Shown here piece by piece: positions 9,819 to 19,168 of a stretch of DNA of 64,000 nucleotides (positions are counted from its first letter, which is position 1; the number at the start of each line of letters is the position of its first letter). The stretch spans positions 516,727-580,726 of the forward strand of contig JAGWFT010000001.1 in the NCBI GenBank assembly GCA_028867755.1, in the 5' to 3' direction. Source of the DNA: Nitrososphaerota archaeon. GTDB taxonomy: Archaea > Thermoproteota > Nitrososphaeria > Nitrososphaerales > Nitrosopumilaceae. The notes below the pieces were generated by a model, which had not been told where the DNA came from, did not search any database, and was given only the letters and a program-made list of their open reading frames with translations. Made by a program: the position numbers and the translations under genes.

Positions 9819-10019
9819 ATTTGCGAGTATTTTTTCTGTTAGTAATAAACTTACGGGTAATTGTCAGAATGGAAGCCTTGGAAGTTTTAAGGATTGGATC
9901 AAGTTCCAAAATTCTTTTCTGGTCATAAAATGAATTGAAAATTCTATCCGCATCTGGTATATCAGATAAGGGCAGGAATCACAAAAACTATCTTATATGA
10001 CATATTGGTAAACCGAACC

Positions 10020-11072
10020 ATGCAGGCAGCAAGAATTGTCAAAATAAAAGAACCACTTGAAATTCAGAATTTAGAGGCTCCAAAGCCTAAGGGATCTCAA
10101 GTGTTGATTAAAGTAGAATCTGCTGGTGTATGCCACAGTGATATACATCTCTGGGATGGAGGCTATGAAGGTCCAGGTGGCCAAATTATGAAAACAACTG
10201 ATCGGGGTGTAAAATATCCTCTAACTCCAGGCCATGAAGTTGCTGGTGTTGTTGAAAGTATGGGTGAAGAAGTGGAAGGATTTGCAAAAAATGAGAAAGT
10301 TCTTGTGTTTCCGTGGATTGGTGAAGGGCTATGTCCGGCTTGTAGAATAGGGGAAGAAAACTTATGTGATAAACCTAGATCTCTGGGTGTTTACAATGAT
10401 GGAGGTTATGCAGAATACGTTTTAGTTCCAAGTTACAAATATCTTGCAAAAATTCATGACTTGGATACTGATATTAGCGCTCCACTATCATGTTCTGCTT
10501 TGACTGCATATGGTGCAGTTAAGAATGCACAATTGAAACCAAATGATAATGTTGTAATAGTGGGAACAGGAGGACTGGGGCTGATGGGAATACAATTAGC
10601 AAAAGCGATTACTGGTGCAAGAATAATTGCAATGGATCTTGATGATAATAAATTGAAGGTAGCAAAAGAAAGTGGTGCGGATATTACTGTTAATTCTAAA
10701 AATGAAGACCCAGTAAAAGCTATAATGGAGTTAACAGGAAATCTGGGAGTAGATGCAGTGATAGACTTTGTTAACGGAAGTAAGACTGTGGAAACAGATA
10801 TGCAAATACTCAGACGAAGAGCACGTGTAGTTCTTGTTGGGCTATTTGGAGGTGCATTACAACTGAATCTAGTGTCAATGCCTACACGAGCATACAAGTT
10901 AATTGGTTCATACACTGGTTCTATGCCTGATATGTTGGAATTAGTGTCTCTAGCACAGCGAAATGTAATAAAACCTGTAATATCGAACAAATTCAAACTA
11001 AATCAAGCAACAGAAGCGCTTACAATGTTAAAGCAAGGAAAGATAATTGGACGGGGAATCATAAACCCATAA
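10020..11072 (+). CDS. adh: NAD-dependent Zn alcohol dehydrogenase (Sulfolobus ADH-like)
   Basis: GVCHSD, GHE, EGLCPACRIGEENLC structural Zn site, GTGGLG; ATG 10020 preferred over TTG 10005. Confidence 0.9.
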   Translation: MQAARIVKIKEPLEIQNLEAPKPKGSQVLIKVESAGVCHSDIHLWDGGYEGPGGQIMKTTDRGVKYPLTPGHEVAGVVESMGEEVEGFAKNEKVLVFPWIGEGLCPACRIGEENLCDKPRSLGVYNDGGYAEYVLVPSYKYLAKIHDLDTDISAPLSCSALTAYGAVKNAQLKPNDNVVIVGTGGLGLMGIQLAKAITGARIIAMDLDDNKLKVAKESGADITVNSKNEDPVKAIMELTGNLGVDAVIDFVNGSKTVETDMQILRRRARVVLVGLFGGALQLNLVSMPTRAYKLIGSYTGSMPDMLELVSLAQRNVIKPVISNKFKLNQATEALTMLKQGKIIGRGIINP

Positions 11073-11179
11073 AATCTCTTTCATGTTGTAAACTAACTAA
11101 TCATCCAAAATAAACTACTACAAAGAACAAAAAATCAGTTAAGATTAATACTGGATTGAAAAGGACTTCATTTCATGTG

Positions 11180-11251
11180 GCCCTTGTAGTACAGTGGCGA
11201 GTATAGGGGACTGTGGATCCCCGGACAGGGGTTCGATTCCCCTCAAGGGCC
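11180..11251 (+). tRNA. tRNA-His(GTG)
   Basis: Cloverleaf: GCCCTTG/CAAGGGC acceptor, GGGGA-CTGTGGA-TCCCC anticodon arm, TTCGATT T-loop, C73; G at 11179 is the -1 position. Confidence 0.97.
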
Positions 11252-11321
11252 TCTAACCTTAATTCTATGGCTATAAACTGCGACTGGCATGATAATAAAA
11301 TAGAAGTTTTTGATTTGTATG

Positions 11322-11669
11322 TCAGAATACTCCGTACTTGCTAGATTCCATTTCTTCTTTTATTGCAAGTTTTACCTTTACATTTTTTTGAGTAACTTTT
11401 TGATCAAGCCAATTCAAAAACTTGTGCTCTAAAGTCTTTCCTTTCACTTTTTCAAAATCTGAACCTAGTTGATCAGACAGTCTTTTCACAAGTGACCTGT
11501 TAACACATACTACATAAAAATGCCATCCAAATGCAAATTCTGAATCAGTAACTACAAAGTCGTTTTCCCCATGAACCATTTGCTCAATGTTACTCAGTGT
11601 GGATATGATTGCCTTACTGGTAGCTTCATAGTCAGTTGCAGAGACATTGATGTTTATTCTAGATTCCAT
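11322..11669 (-). CDS. hypothetical protein (115 aa)
   Basis: Clean ATG ORF filling the gap, protein-like composition. Confidence 0.75.
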   Translation of the reverse strand: MESRININVSATDYEATSKAIISTLSNIEQMVHGENDFVVTDSEFAFGWHFYVVCVNRSLVKRLSDQLGSDFEKVKGKTLEHKFLNWLDQKVTQKNVKVKLAIKEEMESSKYGVF

Positions 11670-11709
11670 ATTATTTATGCACAGTTTACAAATAAAAACA
11701 TGACTCTGC

Positions 11710-12483
11710 CTACAATGTATTTTGATTTAACAAATGCTCTACTTCGATATCAAAATACGTCTTGAGTATCTCCATGTAGCTCTTTATCGGTGCAGGTATC
11801 TCATTACCACATGCTATACCAAGATTCTTTGCATTTATCCAAATCACAAGAGTTTGAAGAATTGTTAAAAATCTAATATTTTCTTCATCTTTGGATGATA
11901 TTGTTTTCGAATATCGTTCCGCAAATTCCCAAGCAGTAACAAAATCTATGCAATCAGTTTCAAATATTGCAATAACTTGTTCTTTTAGATCATCTGATTT
12001 TTTGAATGGGGTTATATTGAGAATGTAAGGAAATTCTACCTTGTCAGGTAGACATCCAGGTAATGGACTCCATATAGTTATGATTCTGCAATCTTTCTTC
12101 AATGTAGCAAATTTCTGGGTCATTTTTTCTATAATGGTCTCGTCTGAAAACCAAAATAAAATTGCCGTCGCCTCACTGATATCAGATTCTAAAACATCTT
12201 CGCATTTTAAAATCCAATTGGAAAGATTTTTGTCTCCAAGTGCTTTCTTGGCAGATGCAATCTTCTCATTATTGTTATCCACACCCACTGCTTTTTTTAC
12301 TCCAAATTCTTCCAATGCTATGGATAAACTATGTCCATTGCCACATCCTAAATGATAAAAGATATCATTTTTGCTCAAGGAGGCAAACTCAAAAATCTCA
12401 TTGAGTATATTGTCTTGTAATTCAACATCCTCGCCTGTCATAATTGATGTGGGAAGTGTGTTTAGATATTCCTCTATTTTCAC
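11710..12483 (-). CDS. class I SAM-dependent methyltransferase (FAM173/DOT1-like protein lysine MTase) with C-terminal extension
   Basis: IFYHLGCGNG motif I, GVDNN, CEDVL, ATAILFW, RIITIWSPLPG. Confidence 0.75.
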   Translation of the reverse strand: MKIEEYLNTLPTSIMTGEDVELQDNILNEIFEFASLSKNDIFYHLGCGNGHSLSIALEEFGVKKAVGVDNNNEKIASAKKALGDKNLSNWILKCEDVLESDISEATAILFWFSDETIIEKMTQKFATLKKDCRIITIWSPLPGCLPDKVEFPYILNITPFKKSDDLKEQVIAIFETDCIDFVTAWEFAERYSKTISSKDEENIRFLTILQTLVIWINAKNLGIACGNEIPAPIKSYMEILKTYFDIEVEHLLNQNTL

Positions 12484-12508
12484 AATAAGAGATGTTTCTA
12501 GACTAAAT

Positions 12509-12781
12509 TTATTCCCTTATTCTCTCTAGGGTGGATACGGCCTGCCACAGCGTTACTCTCACGTATGATGGCATGTTTGGGTCTTGTGTTATTTCGTCAA
12601 GTACACTTATGGCATTAGAAGCTCTAACAGAGACAGAATATTCTTGTTTTTTTAGCTCAATCACTAGATCCGAGAGATTTTTCTTTATGTTTTTTGGGGT
12701 TGAAGGATTTGTAGCTATGTCTTCAAGTGTAATGATTGCGGCATTAAGAGTTTCATCGTTTTGATTTTTCTTTTCTGTCAT
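12509..12781 (-). CDS. UPF0147 family protein
   Basis: TPKNIK, VRASNAISVLDEITQDPNMPSYVRVTLW. Confidence 0.92.
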   Translation of the reverse strand: MTEKKNQNDETLNAAIITLEDIATNPSTPKNIKKNLSDLVIELKKQEYSVSVRASNAISVLDEITQDPNMPSYVRVTLWQAVSTLERIRE

Positions 12782-12827
12782 ACATGGATCACGCTAAACT
12801 AATTGTACTTATTTTATAAAGTTTGCA

Positions 12828-13136
12828 TCATGCTTCCAAAAAGATGTTTCCTGATTCTACCGTTACTTTGTATGACTGTAAATCCTTTATTTTGGCCGGA
12901 AAAGCCGAAAGATTTCCTGTTTTACAATCAAATTTTGCTCCATGCCAACCACATGTCACTACATGTCCCTCCAAACTTCCTTCAGAAAGACTAGCTCCTG
13001 CATGAGTACAAGTATCATTCATTGCATAAAAGTTGCCATCTATGTTAATCACTAGTACCTCCTTTCCGTCAGCTGCCACCTTTTGCATTTTGCCTGGTGG
13101 AATATCTGTGGTTTTGCCAACAATTATTTTTCCCAT
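12828..13136 (-). CDS. Rieske [2Fe-2S] ferredoxin
   Basis: CTHAG...VTCGWHG.KFD. Confidence 0.93.
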   Translation of the reverse strand: MGKIIVGKTTDIPPGKMQKVAADGKEVLVINIDGNFYAMNDTCTHAGASLSEGSLEGHVVTCGWHGAKFDCKTGNLSAFPAKIKDLQSYKVTVESGNIFLEA

Positions 13137-13199
13137 GAGTGCTCTTCTTTTTGTGACTCTTAATAATTTTAATGTTATAAGTTAATTGACATGAAAACT

Positions 13200-14069
13200 C
13201 TAGACAAACTTTATTGTATTTTCCAATTTCCCAAGCCTTTCTATTTCCATCTCTACTTTGTCACCATTTTTCAAAAATACAGCGTCAGGCTTGTTTAGCA
13301 TTACTCCGGCAGGAGTACCAGTTGATATGATGTCGCCTTTTTCTAATGTCATTACCTTGCTCAAGATTGAAACTATTGAAGTTACCTTTAGATGCATATT
13401 TGACGTGGACGAATTCTGTCTTATGGTTCCATTAACCTTTGTCATCATCTTAAGATCCTGAGGATCAGGTATTTCATCGGCAGTAGTTATCCAAGGTCCA
13501 CATGGCGCAAAAGTGTCAAATCCCTTTGCACGAGTAAACTGTTTGTCCTTAGCTTGTATGTCGCGAGCAGATGCATCATTTAACACCATGTATCCAAATA
13601 TTGCCTTTTTTGCTTCTTCCTCAGAAACATTCTTGCAATCTTTTCCAATTATCAAAGCAAGTTCTATCTCATAATCAAGTTTTGACACAAAAGACGGACA
13701 AATTATGTCCGAAGTTGGTCCGTTAAGTGTTGATCTTGGTTTTATTATTATGGCAGGCTCGTCTGGTGGGATCAAGTTTTGTTCTTTTGCATGATCCTTA
13801 TAGTTAAATGCAAGACAAATTATTTTAGATGGATTTGGAATGGGTGGAAGAAGTTTAAAGTCAGATACTTTGCTGTCATAATTGATCTGAGAAGACTTTT
13901 GTTTTATTTCTTCGTACCATCCATCAAACAAAAAATCTTTAACACTTTGTGGTATTGGGATTCCAGTTTGTGAAGTCATACTTTCTCTTGTAAGAACTCT
14001 GTCTCCATTGACAAAACCATATGTTTCCATATTTTCTTTTAGTAACCTTGCAATCTTCATTTTATTCAC
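13200..14069 (-). CDS. fumarylacetoacetate hydrolase family protein
   Basis: KIICLAFNY, DYEIEL, NDASARD, KGFDTF, STGTPAG. Confidence 0.92.
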   Translation of the reverse strand: MNKMKIARLLKENMETYGFVNGDRVLTRESMTSQTGIPIPQSVKDFLFDGWYEEIKQKSSQINYDSKVSDFKLLPPIPNPSKIICLAFNYKDHAKEQNLIPPDEPAIIIKPRSTLNGPTSDIICPSFVSKLDYEIELALIIGKDCKNVSEEEAKKAIFGYMVLNDASARDIQAKDKQFTRAKGFDTFAPCGPWITTADEIPDPQDLKMMTKVNGTIRQNSSTSNMHLKVTSIVSILSKVMTLEKGDIISTGTPAGVMLNKPDAVFLKNGDKVEMEIERLGKLENTIKFV

Positions 14070-15772
14070 TTGTGTGTGTATATCACTTGATTTGCAGAAT
14101 CTTTTCTACAATATCCGTATCTTACAAACTGAATTTCTGCACCCACATTTAATTCTAAGTAGTAGGGCTCAGTCAACGCTTGTTTAATTTCTAAGCTATT
14201 CTCGTTAAATTGCTCATTTACAAAAAGAATCTTTGGTATCAAAACCTCTATTTTTACAGCATCTTGACTGGGAACCCACTGAATTTTTGGAATCTCTGGC
14301 TTGAAGTTATTATCAGTAATATCTGCCTCTATGTTTGGTACTATCTTGGTGATCTTAATATTGTATATCTCTAGTAACCTTACTTCGTCTCCAACTTTCA
14401 GGGATTTTGCATCATTGCCTGATATGTAGAAAGATCCATCTATTCGAATTTTTCTTTTACCCATGTCTTTCTGAGGATGATTTGAAATCTCTACCTCTGT
14501 CAAATTATTATTTTTTACTATTAGTTTCACAGGATCAGTAGCTATGAACAATCGCATGCTTGTAGGATCAATTATTTTTCTATTGAAAGACTCTAGAGTC
14601 TCAAAGGGAGCCAAAGTATCGGATTTTGTGAAACTTAACGAAAGTACAAACTTTCTGATGGCTTCAGGAACAATTCCTCTTCTCCTCATTGCTTCAAGAG
14701 TTGGTAATCTTGGATCATCATAACCAGAAACTTTTCCTTCCTGTACAAGCGGTTTTAATATTCTCTTTGATACTGGCATTCCATCAAACTCCAATCTGGA
14801 AAATTCAAGAACTCTTGGTTTTCTCATTTGAAGCTTGTCAAGAATTGCATAATAAAGCTCATTTCGAAGTTCATATTCTTTTGTTCTAAATGCATGTGTT
14901 ACCCCATCGACACTATCTTCTATAGATACTGCAAAGTCATAGTTGGGCCATACACGATATTTGTTTTTGTGAATTGGATGTGACTCGTCTATTATTCTCA
15001 ATAATGTGGGGTCCCGCATAACAGTATTCTCCGAATGCATGTTTCCACGAAATCTTACGATTGCTTCTCCAGGCTTGTACTTTTCCAACATATCTTTCCA
15101 ACGTTTCGTGTTTTGTGTAAGATCTCCAAAACTACATTTGCACGACAACATTTCTCGCCTGTTTTTACTTATAGTTTCTTTATTACAAGTACAGACATAA
15201 GCATATCCAGATTGAATAAATTCCTCTGCCTTTCTATAGATTAATTCCATATCATCTGAAGTATTCTTTATGTGATCATATTTTACACCTAACCAATCAA
15301 GCCCCACTTTTATTGCAGCATAATATTCCAATCTTTCTTTTTCAGGATTTGTGTCATCAAACCTAAAGATGAGTTTACCTCCATACATTCTAGCATATTC
15401 TTCATCTATTATTGCAGCTTTTGCATGTCCTATGTGTGGATATCCATTTGGTTCTGGTGGAAACCTAGTGACTACTTTACCTTGTTCTGCATCGTCAAGT
15501 AATGGTAGGCCAACTCTATCCTGTTTTGGTTTTACTGTGAGTAATTCTGGAAATTTAGTTTCAAGTTCTGATTTTTGCATTAATAGAGTAATAGTATTTA
15601 CTTCGTTTACTATCTCAGAAATAATAGGTATTATTTCCTTTATCTTTTCTCTAAGTTCTGGCTTAGAACCCATTACTTTTGAAATTACAGCGTCGTTTCT
15701 AGTTTTTCCGTCATGCTCAGAGGCATTTAAGAGGGCAATTCCTCGTATGGATTTTCTTATCTCATCATCCAA
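14066..15772 (-). CDS. gltX: glutamyl-tRNA synthetase
   Basis: RFPPEPNGYPHIGH, RFDDTNP, PVSKR, DDPRLPTL, QFVRYG. Confidence 0.96.
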   Translation of the reverse strand: MDDEIRKSIRGIALLNASEHDGKTRNDAVISKVMGSKPELREKIKEIIPIISEIVNEVNTITLLMQKSELETKFPELLTVKPKQDRVGLPLLDDAEQGKVVTRFPPEPNGYPHIGHAKAAIIDEEYARMYGGKLIFRFDDTNPEKERLEYYAAIKVGLDWLGVKYDHIKNTSDDMELIYRKAEEFIQSGYAYVCTCNKETISKNRREMLSCKCSFGDLTQNTKRWKDMLEKYKPGEAIVRFRGNMHSENTVMRDPTLLRIIDESHPIHKNKYRVWPNYDFAVSIEDSVDGVTHAFRTKEYELRNELYYAILDKLQMRKPRVLEFSRLEFDGMPVSKRILKPLVQEGKVSGYDDPRLPTLEAMRRRGIVPEAIRKFVLSLSFTKSDTLAPFETLESFNRKIIDPTSMRLFIATDPVKLIVKNNNLTEVEISNHPQKDMGKRKIRIDGSFYISGNDAKSLKVGDEVRLLEIYNIKITKIVPNIEADITDNNFKPEIPKIQWVPSQDAVKIEVLIPKILFVNEQFNENSLEIKQALTEPYYLELNVGAEIQFVRYGYCRKDSANQVIYTHK

Positions 15773-16774
15773 TTATAGACTCCTCTCTACTACAAAATCT
15801 AACAAGGAAAGAAGATCTTCTTTTGCAGAATTATCATACTTGTAAATGGATTTTCTTGCAGCATTCAAGTGGCAAGAAGCTCTCTCTCTCACGGTTTTTT
15901 CAATGCCAAGTGATGATATTACTTCCATAGCTTTTTCCACTTTGTTCCTTGATATCGAGGCATTGCCAAAGGCATTGAGAATAATTTTACGCTCATTTCC
16001 TTTTGCAAGTTTTATAGCCAAAAGAATTGGTAACGACTTTTTTCCTTCCCTTATGTCATTTCCGACTGGTTTTTTTGTAATTTTGGGATCTCCTATTATC
16101 CCAATCAGATCATCGATTATCTGAAATGCTATTCCAAGGTTTTTGCCGTAACTCGAAAGTCTTCTTACGTCTGATTTTGTAGTATCTGCAGAAATAGCCC
16201 CCATTGCACAAGATGCCACAAATAGAGACGATGTTTTTTTCTCTATCATCTTTATGTATTGTAATTCGGTAGGAATGCTCTTCAATTTAGCCATGCTTAT
16301 GTCTAATACTTGGCCCTCGCACACCTCACTGCATGCTCTTGAGAGCGCAGATATGAGTGAGATTCTCACTTCTTTTGGAATGTGTATATCCAAATTTGAA
16401 ATAGTTTCAAAGGCTCTCGAAAAAAGTATATCGCCAGCTAGAATGCCAACCGGCATGCCAAATTTCACGTGTACAGTAGGTACACCATGTCTTACTTCGT
16501 CATTATCCATTATGTCATCATGAACTAATGTGAAATTGTGTATCATTTCAATTGCTGCTGCTGCTGGAAGTGCTTGCCTTGTTGAACCGCCTAAAAGCTC
16601 ACAACTCTTTATGACTAAATACGGTCTAAGACGCTTTCCTCCATGTTCAATCAAATAACTCGCAGCTTTGTACAGATTTGATGGTTCACCTTTCAGTCTT
16701 GATAAAAGAAAAGAATCTACTTTCTTTGCAGTCTTTACAATATTGTTCAATTGCGTTCTATTTTCAACTCCCAT
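15773..16774 (-). CDS. idsA: polyprenyl (geranylgeranyl) diphosphate synthase
   Basis: GGKRLRP, LVHDDIMD, FQIIDD, NDIREGK. Confidence 0.93.
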   Translation of the reverse strand: MGVENRTQLNNIVKTAKKVDSFLLSRLKGEPSNLYKAASYLIEHGGKRLRPYLVIKSCELLGGSTRQALPAAAAIEMIHNFTLVHDDIMDNDEVRHGVPTVHVKFGMPVGILAGDILFSRAFETISNLDIHIPKEVRISLISALSRACSEVCEGQVLDISMAKLKSIPTELQYIKMIEKKTSSLFVASCAMGAISADTTKSDVRRLSSYGKNLGIAFQIIDDLIGIIGDPKITKKPVGNDIREGKKSLPILLAIKLAKGNERKIILNAFGNASISRNKVEKAMEVISSLGIEKTVRERASCHLNAARKSIYKYDNSAKEDLLSLLDFVVERSL

Positions 16775-17391
16775 TTATGATCTGGAAAATGATACTTTAA
16801 TGGATCTTCTAAACGACTTTTGAGACCTTCCTTGTTCCACATTTTAAGAATTTTCTTGTGTGGTTCTATTATGTTATTGCTTGACTCAGAAAGAAAATAC
16901 AATGCAACTAGCATCCATGGGCAGAAAATCTGTGGAGATTTTTCAATTTCGGATAAAAGCTCATCAAATGTTGTCCATTTGACTGCAGATATTTCATCTT
17001 CTACAAGCCTTATTTTCTCAGGCTCATCCATTATGCCTATTAAAGTACCACAAACTTCATTTTCCGAACCTATGTCTTTGTAAGGAACATGATATTCAAA
17101 CTTGAACAAATAATCCAACTTGCAATTTATTCCAAGCTCTTCTGGGAGCCTTCTTTCTGCTGATGATACGTATGTTTCAGACTGTCTAGGATGGCTTGCA
17201 ACTGTGCCATCCCAATCCCCAGGCCAAAGCATTTTACTCGTACTTCTCTGTGTTAACAAAAGTTTTCCATCTTTGTTGAATAACAAAATTGTAAAAGCTC
17301 TATGTAGTTTTCCATTAGGTAGATGACATTTTACTTTTTCTTCAGTTCCTACCTGTCTATCATTACTATCTACCAGAATTAAATATTCCAT
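16747..17391 (-). CDS. idi: type 1 (NUDIX-fold) isopentenyl-diphosphate delta-isomerase
   Basis: LHRAF, LLTQRS, WDGTVASHP, RRLPEELG, ENEVC, FCPW; position within the mevalonate cluster. Confidence 0.88.
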   Translation of the reverse strand: MEYLILVDSNDRQVGTEEKVKCHLPNGKLHRAFTILLFNKDGKLLLTQRSTSKMLWPGDWDGTVASHPRQSETYVSSAERRLPEELGINCKLDYLFKFEYHVPYKDIGSENEVCGTLIGIMDEPEKIRLVEDEISAVKWTTFDELLSEIEKSPQIFCPWMLVALYFLSESSNNIIEPHKKILKMWNKEGLKSRLEDPLKYHFPDHKWELKIERN

Positions 17392-18137
17392 ACTTTATTG
17401 CCCCTAATTATAGTACCTTCAAACCCTTTGCCATTTATTGCATTTACTATTCTCTGAGGGATTCTCCCATTAACAAAAAATACACTTGTTCCATTCTTAG
17501 ACATTGACATGGCTTCCTTTATTTTACGATTCATTCCTCCTGTGACATCCATTTTTACATCTGTAGTTGTAGGTCTTTCTGTAGTCATTTCACGAATTAA
17601 TTTTTTAGTCTTGATATCAGAGTACACTCCATCAACATTTGTTACAAAAATTGCAAGACGTGGTTTCAAGATTTTAGTTAACATGCCAATTATTCTATCT
17701 CCAGATAGTATGTAGAATTTGTTCTTACCAAACCACATGACATCCCCATATGAAATTGGAACTAGTCCAGTATTGGCAATTTTTGGAATCTCTTTGATTT
17801 TCTTTATTATTGGTTTGTTTCCAAAAATAAAATCAGTTGGAGGTAAGCAATACGGTTTGAGATTTGCTTGAAAAAATGATTGAAGGACTAGTCTGTTTAG
17901 TTCTACCATGGAATTTTTAACAACTGAAACGCCTTTGGTGCTATATTTCTCAGGTTTTGTATGCATGTCGTATTTTACAGACCAATAATGGCCAAAAGAA
18001 CCGCCACCATGAACTATCATATATGGTTCTTTTATCTTTCTTAAATGAGAAGCAATTTGTTTGATTGCAGATACATTAGGTGTTAGTGGTTTTTGCTTGT
18101 TTGTAATTACTGATCCTCCCAGTTTAAGCAAAATCAT
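17379..18137 (-). CDS. ipk: isopentenyl phosphate kinase
   Basis: LKLGGSVITNK, VHGGGSFGH, SGD, DVTGGM; ATG 18137 chosen. Confidence 0.92.
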   Translation of the reverse strand: MILLKLGGSVITNKQKPLTPNVSAIKQIASHLRKIKEPYMIVHGGGSFGHYWSVKYDMHTKPEKYSTKGVSVVKNSMVELNRLVLQSFFQANLKPYCLPPTDFIFGNKPIIKKIKEIPKIANTGLVPISYGDVMWFGKNKFYILSGDRIIGMLTKILKPRLAIFVTNVDGVYSDIKTKKLIREMTTERPTTTDVKMDVTGGMNRKIKEAMSMSKNGTSVFFVNGRIPQRIVNAINGKGFEGTIIRGNKVWNI

Positions 18138-18217
18138 GATTTTTAACAGTGCTATGGTCGGTTTTAAAAAGTATCCCAGCATTTTTGTTTATAAACATCC
18201 TGAAGATATTCTTCAGA

Positions 18218-19168
18218 TCAAGAATAACTTAACCCATTAAAGTCTACTTTTGCAATAAAACAGTCACTATTTTTTTTTAAATTTTCTAGTGTAGTACTTG
18301 CATTAGATTCATCCACCAGAGAAATTATGCATCCTCCTCCGCCAGCGCCAGTTATTTTAGCCCCATATGACGTTTTTGATGCTTCTTTTATCAGTAGATC
18401 CAGCTTGTCTGTTGACACATTTATTTTCTCTAACAATTTCTGATTTTTTGCCATTAATGAACCAAGTTTGTTTAGGTCATCTTCTTTCAAAGCTGACAAT
18501 GCATTAGTCACTAATTCGTTTTCTTGCTCACACATTTTTGTAAACATCACTTCGTTATCATTTTTGAATTTTCTTACATTTAGTACAACTTCTCTTGTAT
18601 TGTGAACTTGATTTGAGTTTGCTATTATAAAACTAAGATTATTTTTTGAATCGATTTTTTCAAATCCATTTTTACCATACAGCATTAGTCCACCAAATGT
18701 AGAGATGGAAGAATCTGCACCTGATACATCTTCAAATATGATACGTTCAGATTCTATAGCTCTTTTTAGAATCTGCTCCTTTGATTTTTTATTAAATAAT
18801 CCAGTAACTGATGCTGTCACAGCAACGCATGCAGCTGAAGAAGAACCAAGACCTATTCCAGCAGGAATCTCTGAGCTCAGGATTATCTCCATACCTATCT
18901 TTTCATTAAATTCTTTCAGAGTTTCTTTTACTATGTGAAAAAAAGGCCTCATAAATCTAATAGGTATTGAATTAAGATCGGACAATGCGTCTAAGTCGAT
19001 CTCTGCGTCTCCAAGCTCTGATTTTATACGTATTTTTGGCTCATCTAAAAATTTAGAAGTTGCTGTAATTCTCTTGTCAATGGAACAAAGTATTGCTTTT
19101 ACTCCATATACAACAAAATGCTCTCCAAAAAGAATCACCTTACCTGGGGCTGATGCTATTGATCTCAT
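18218..19168 (-). CDS. mvk: mevalonate kinase
   Basis: APGKVILFGEH, PAGIGLGSSSA, SGAD, KITGAGGGG. Confidence 0.95.
   Translation of the reverse strand: MRSIASAPGKVILFGEHFVVYGVKAILCSIDKRITATSKFLDEPKIRIKSELGDAEIDLDALSDLNSIPIRFMRPFFHIVKETLKEFNEKIGMEIILSSEIPAGIGLGSSSAACVAVTASVTGLFNKKSKEQILKRAIESERIIFEDVSGADSSISTFGGLMLYGKNGFEKIDSKNNLSFIIANSNQVHNTREVVLNVRKFKNDNEVMFTKMCEQENELVTNALSALKEDDLNKLGSLMAKNQKLLEKINVSTDKLDLLIKEASKTSYGAKITGAGGGGCIISLVDESNASTTLENLKKNSDCFIAKVDFNGLSYS

Noticed and set aside
15351-16523. Long plus-strand ORFs opposite gltX and idsA
   Set aside because: Antisense shadows of well-supported genes, with no motifs.
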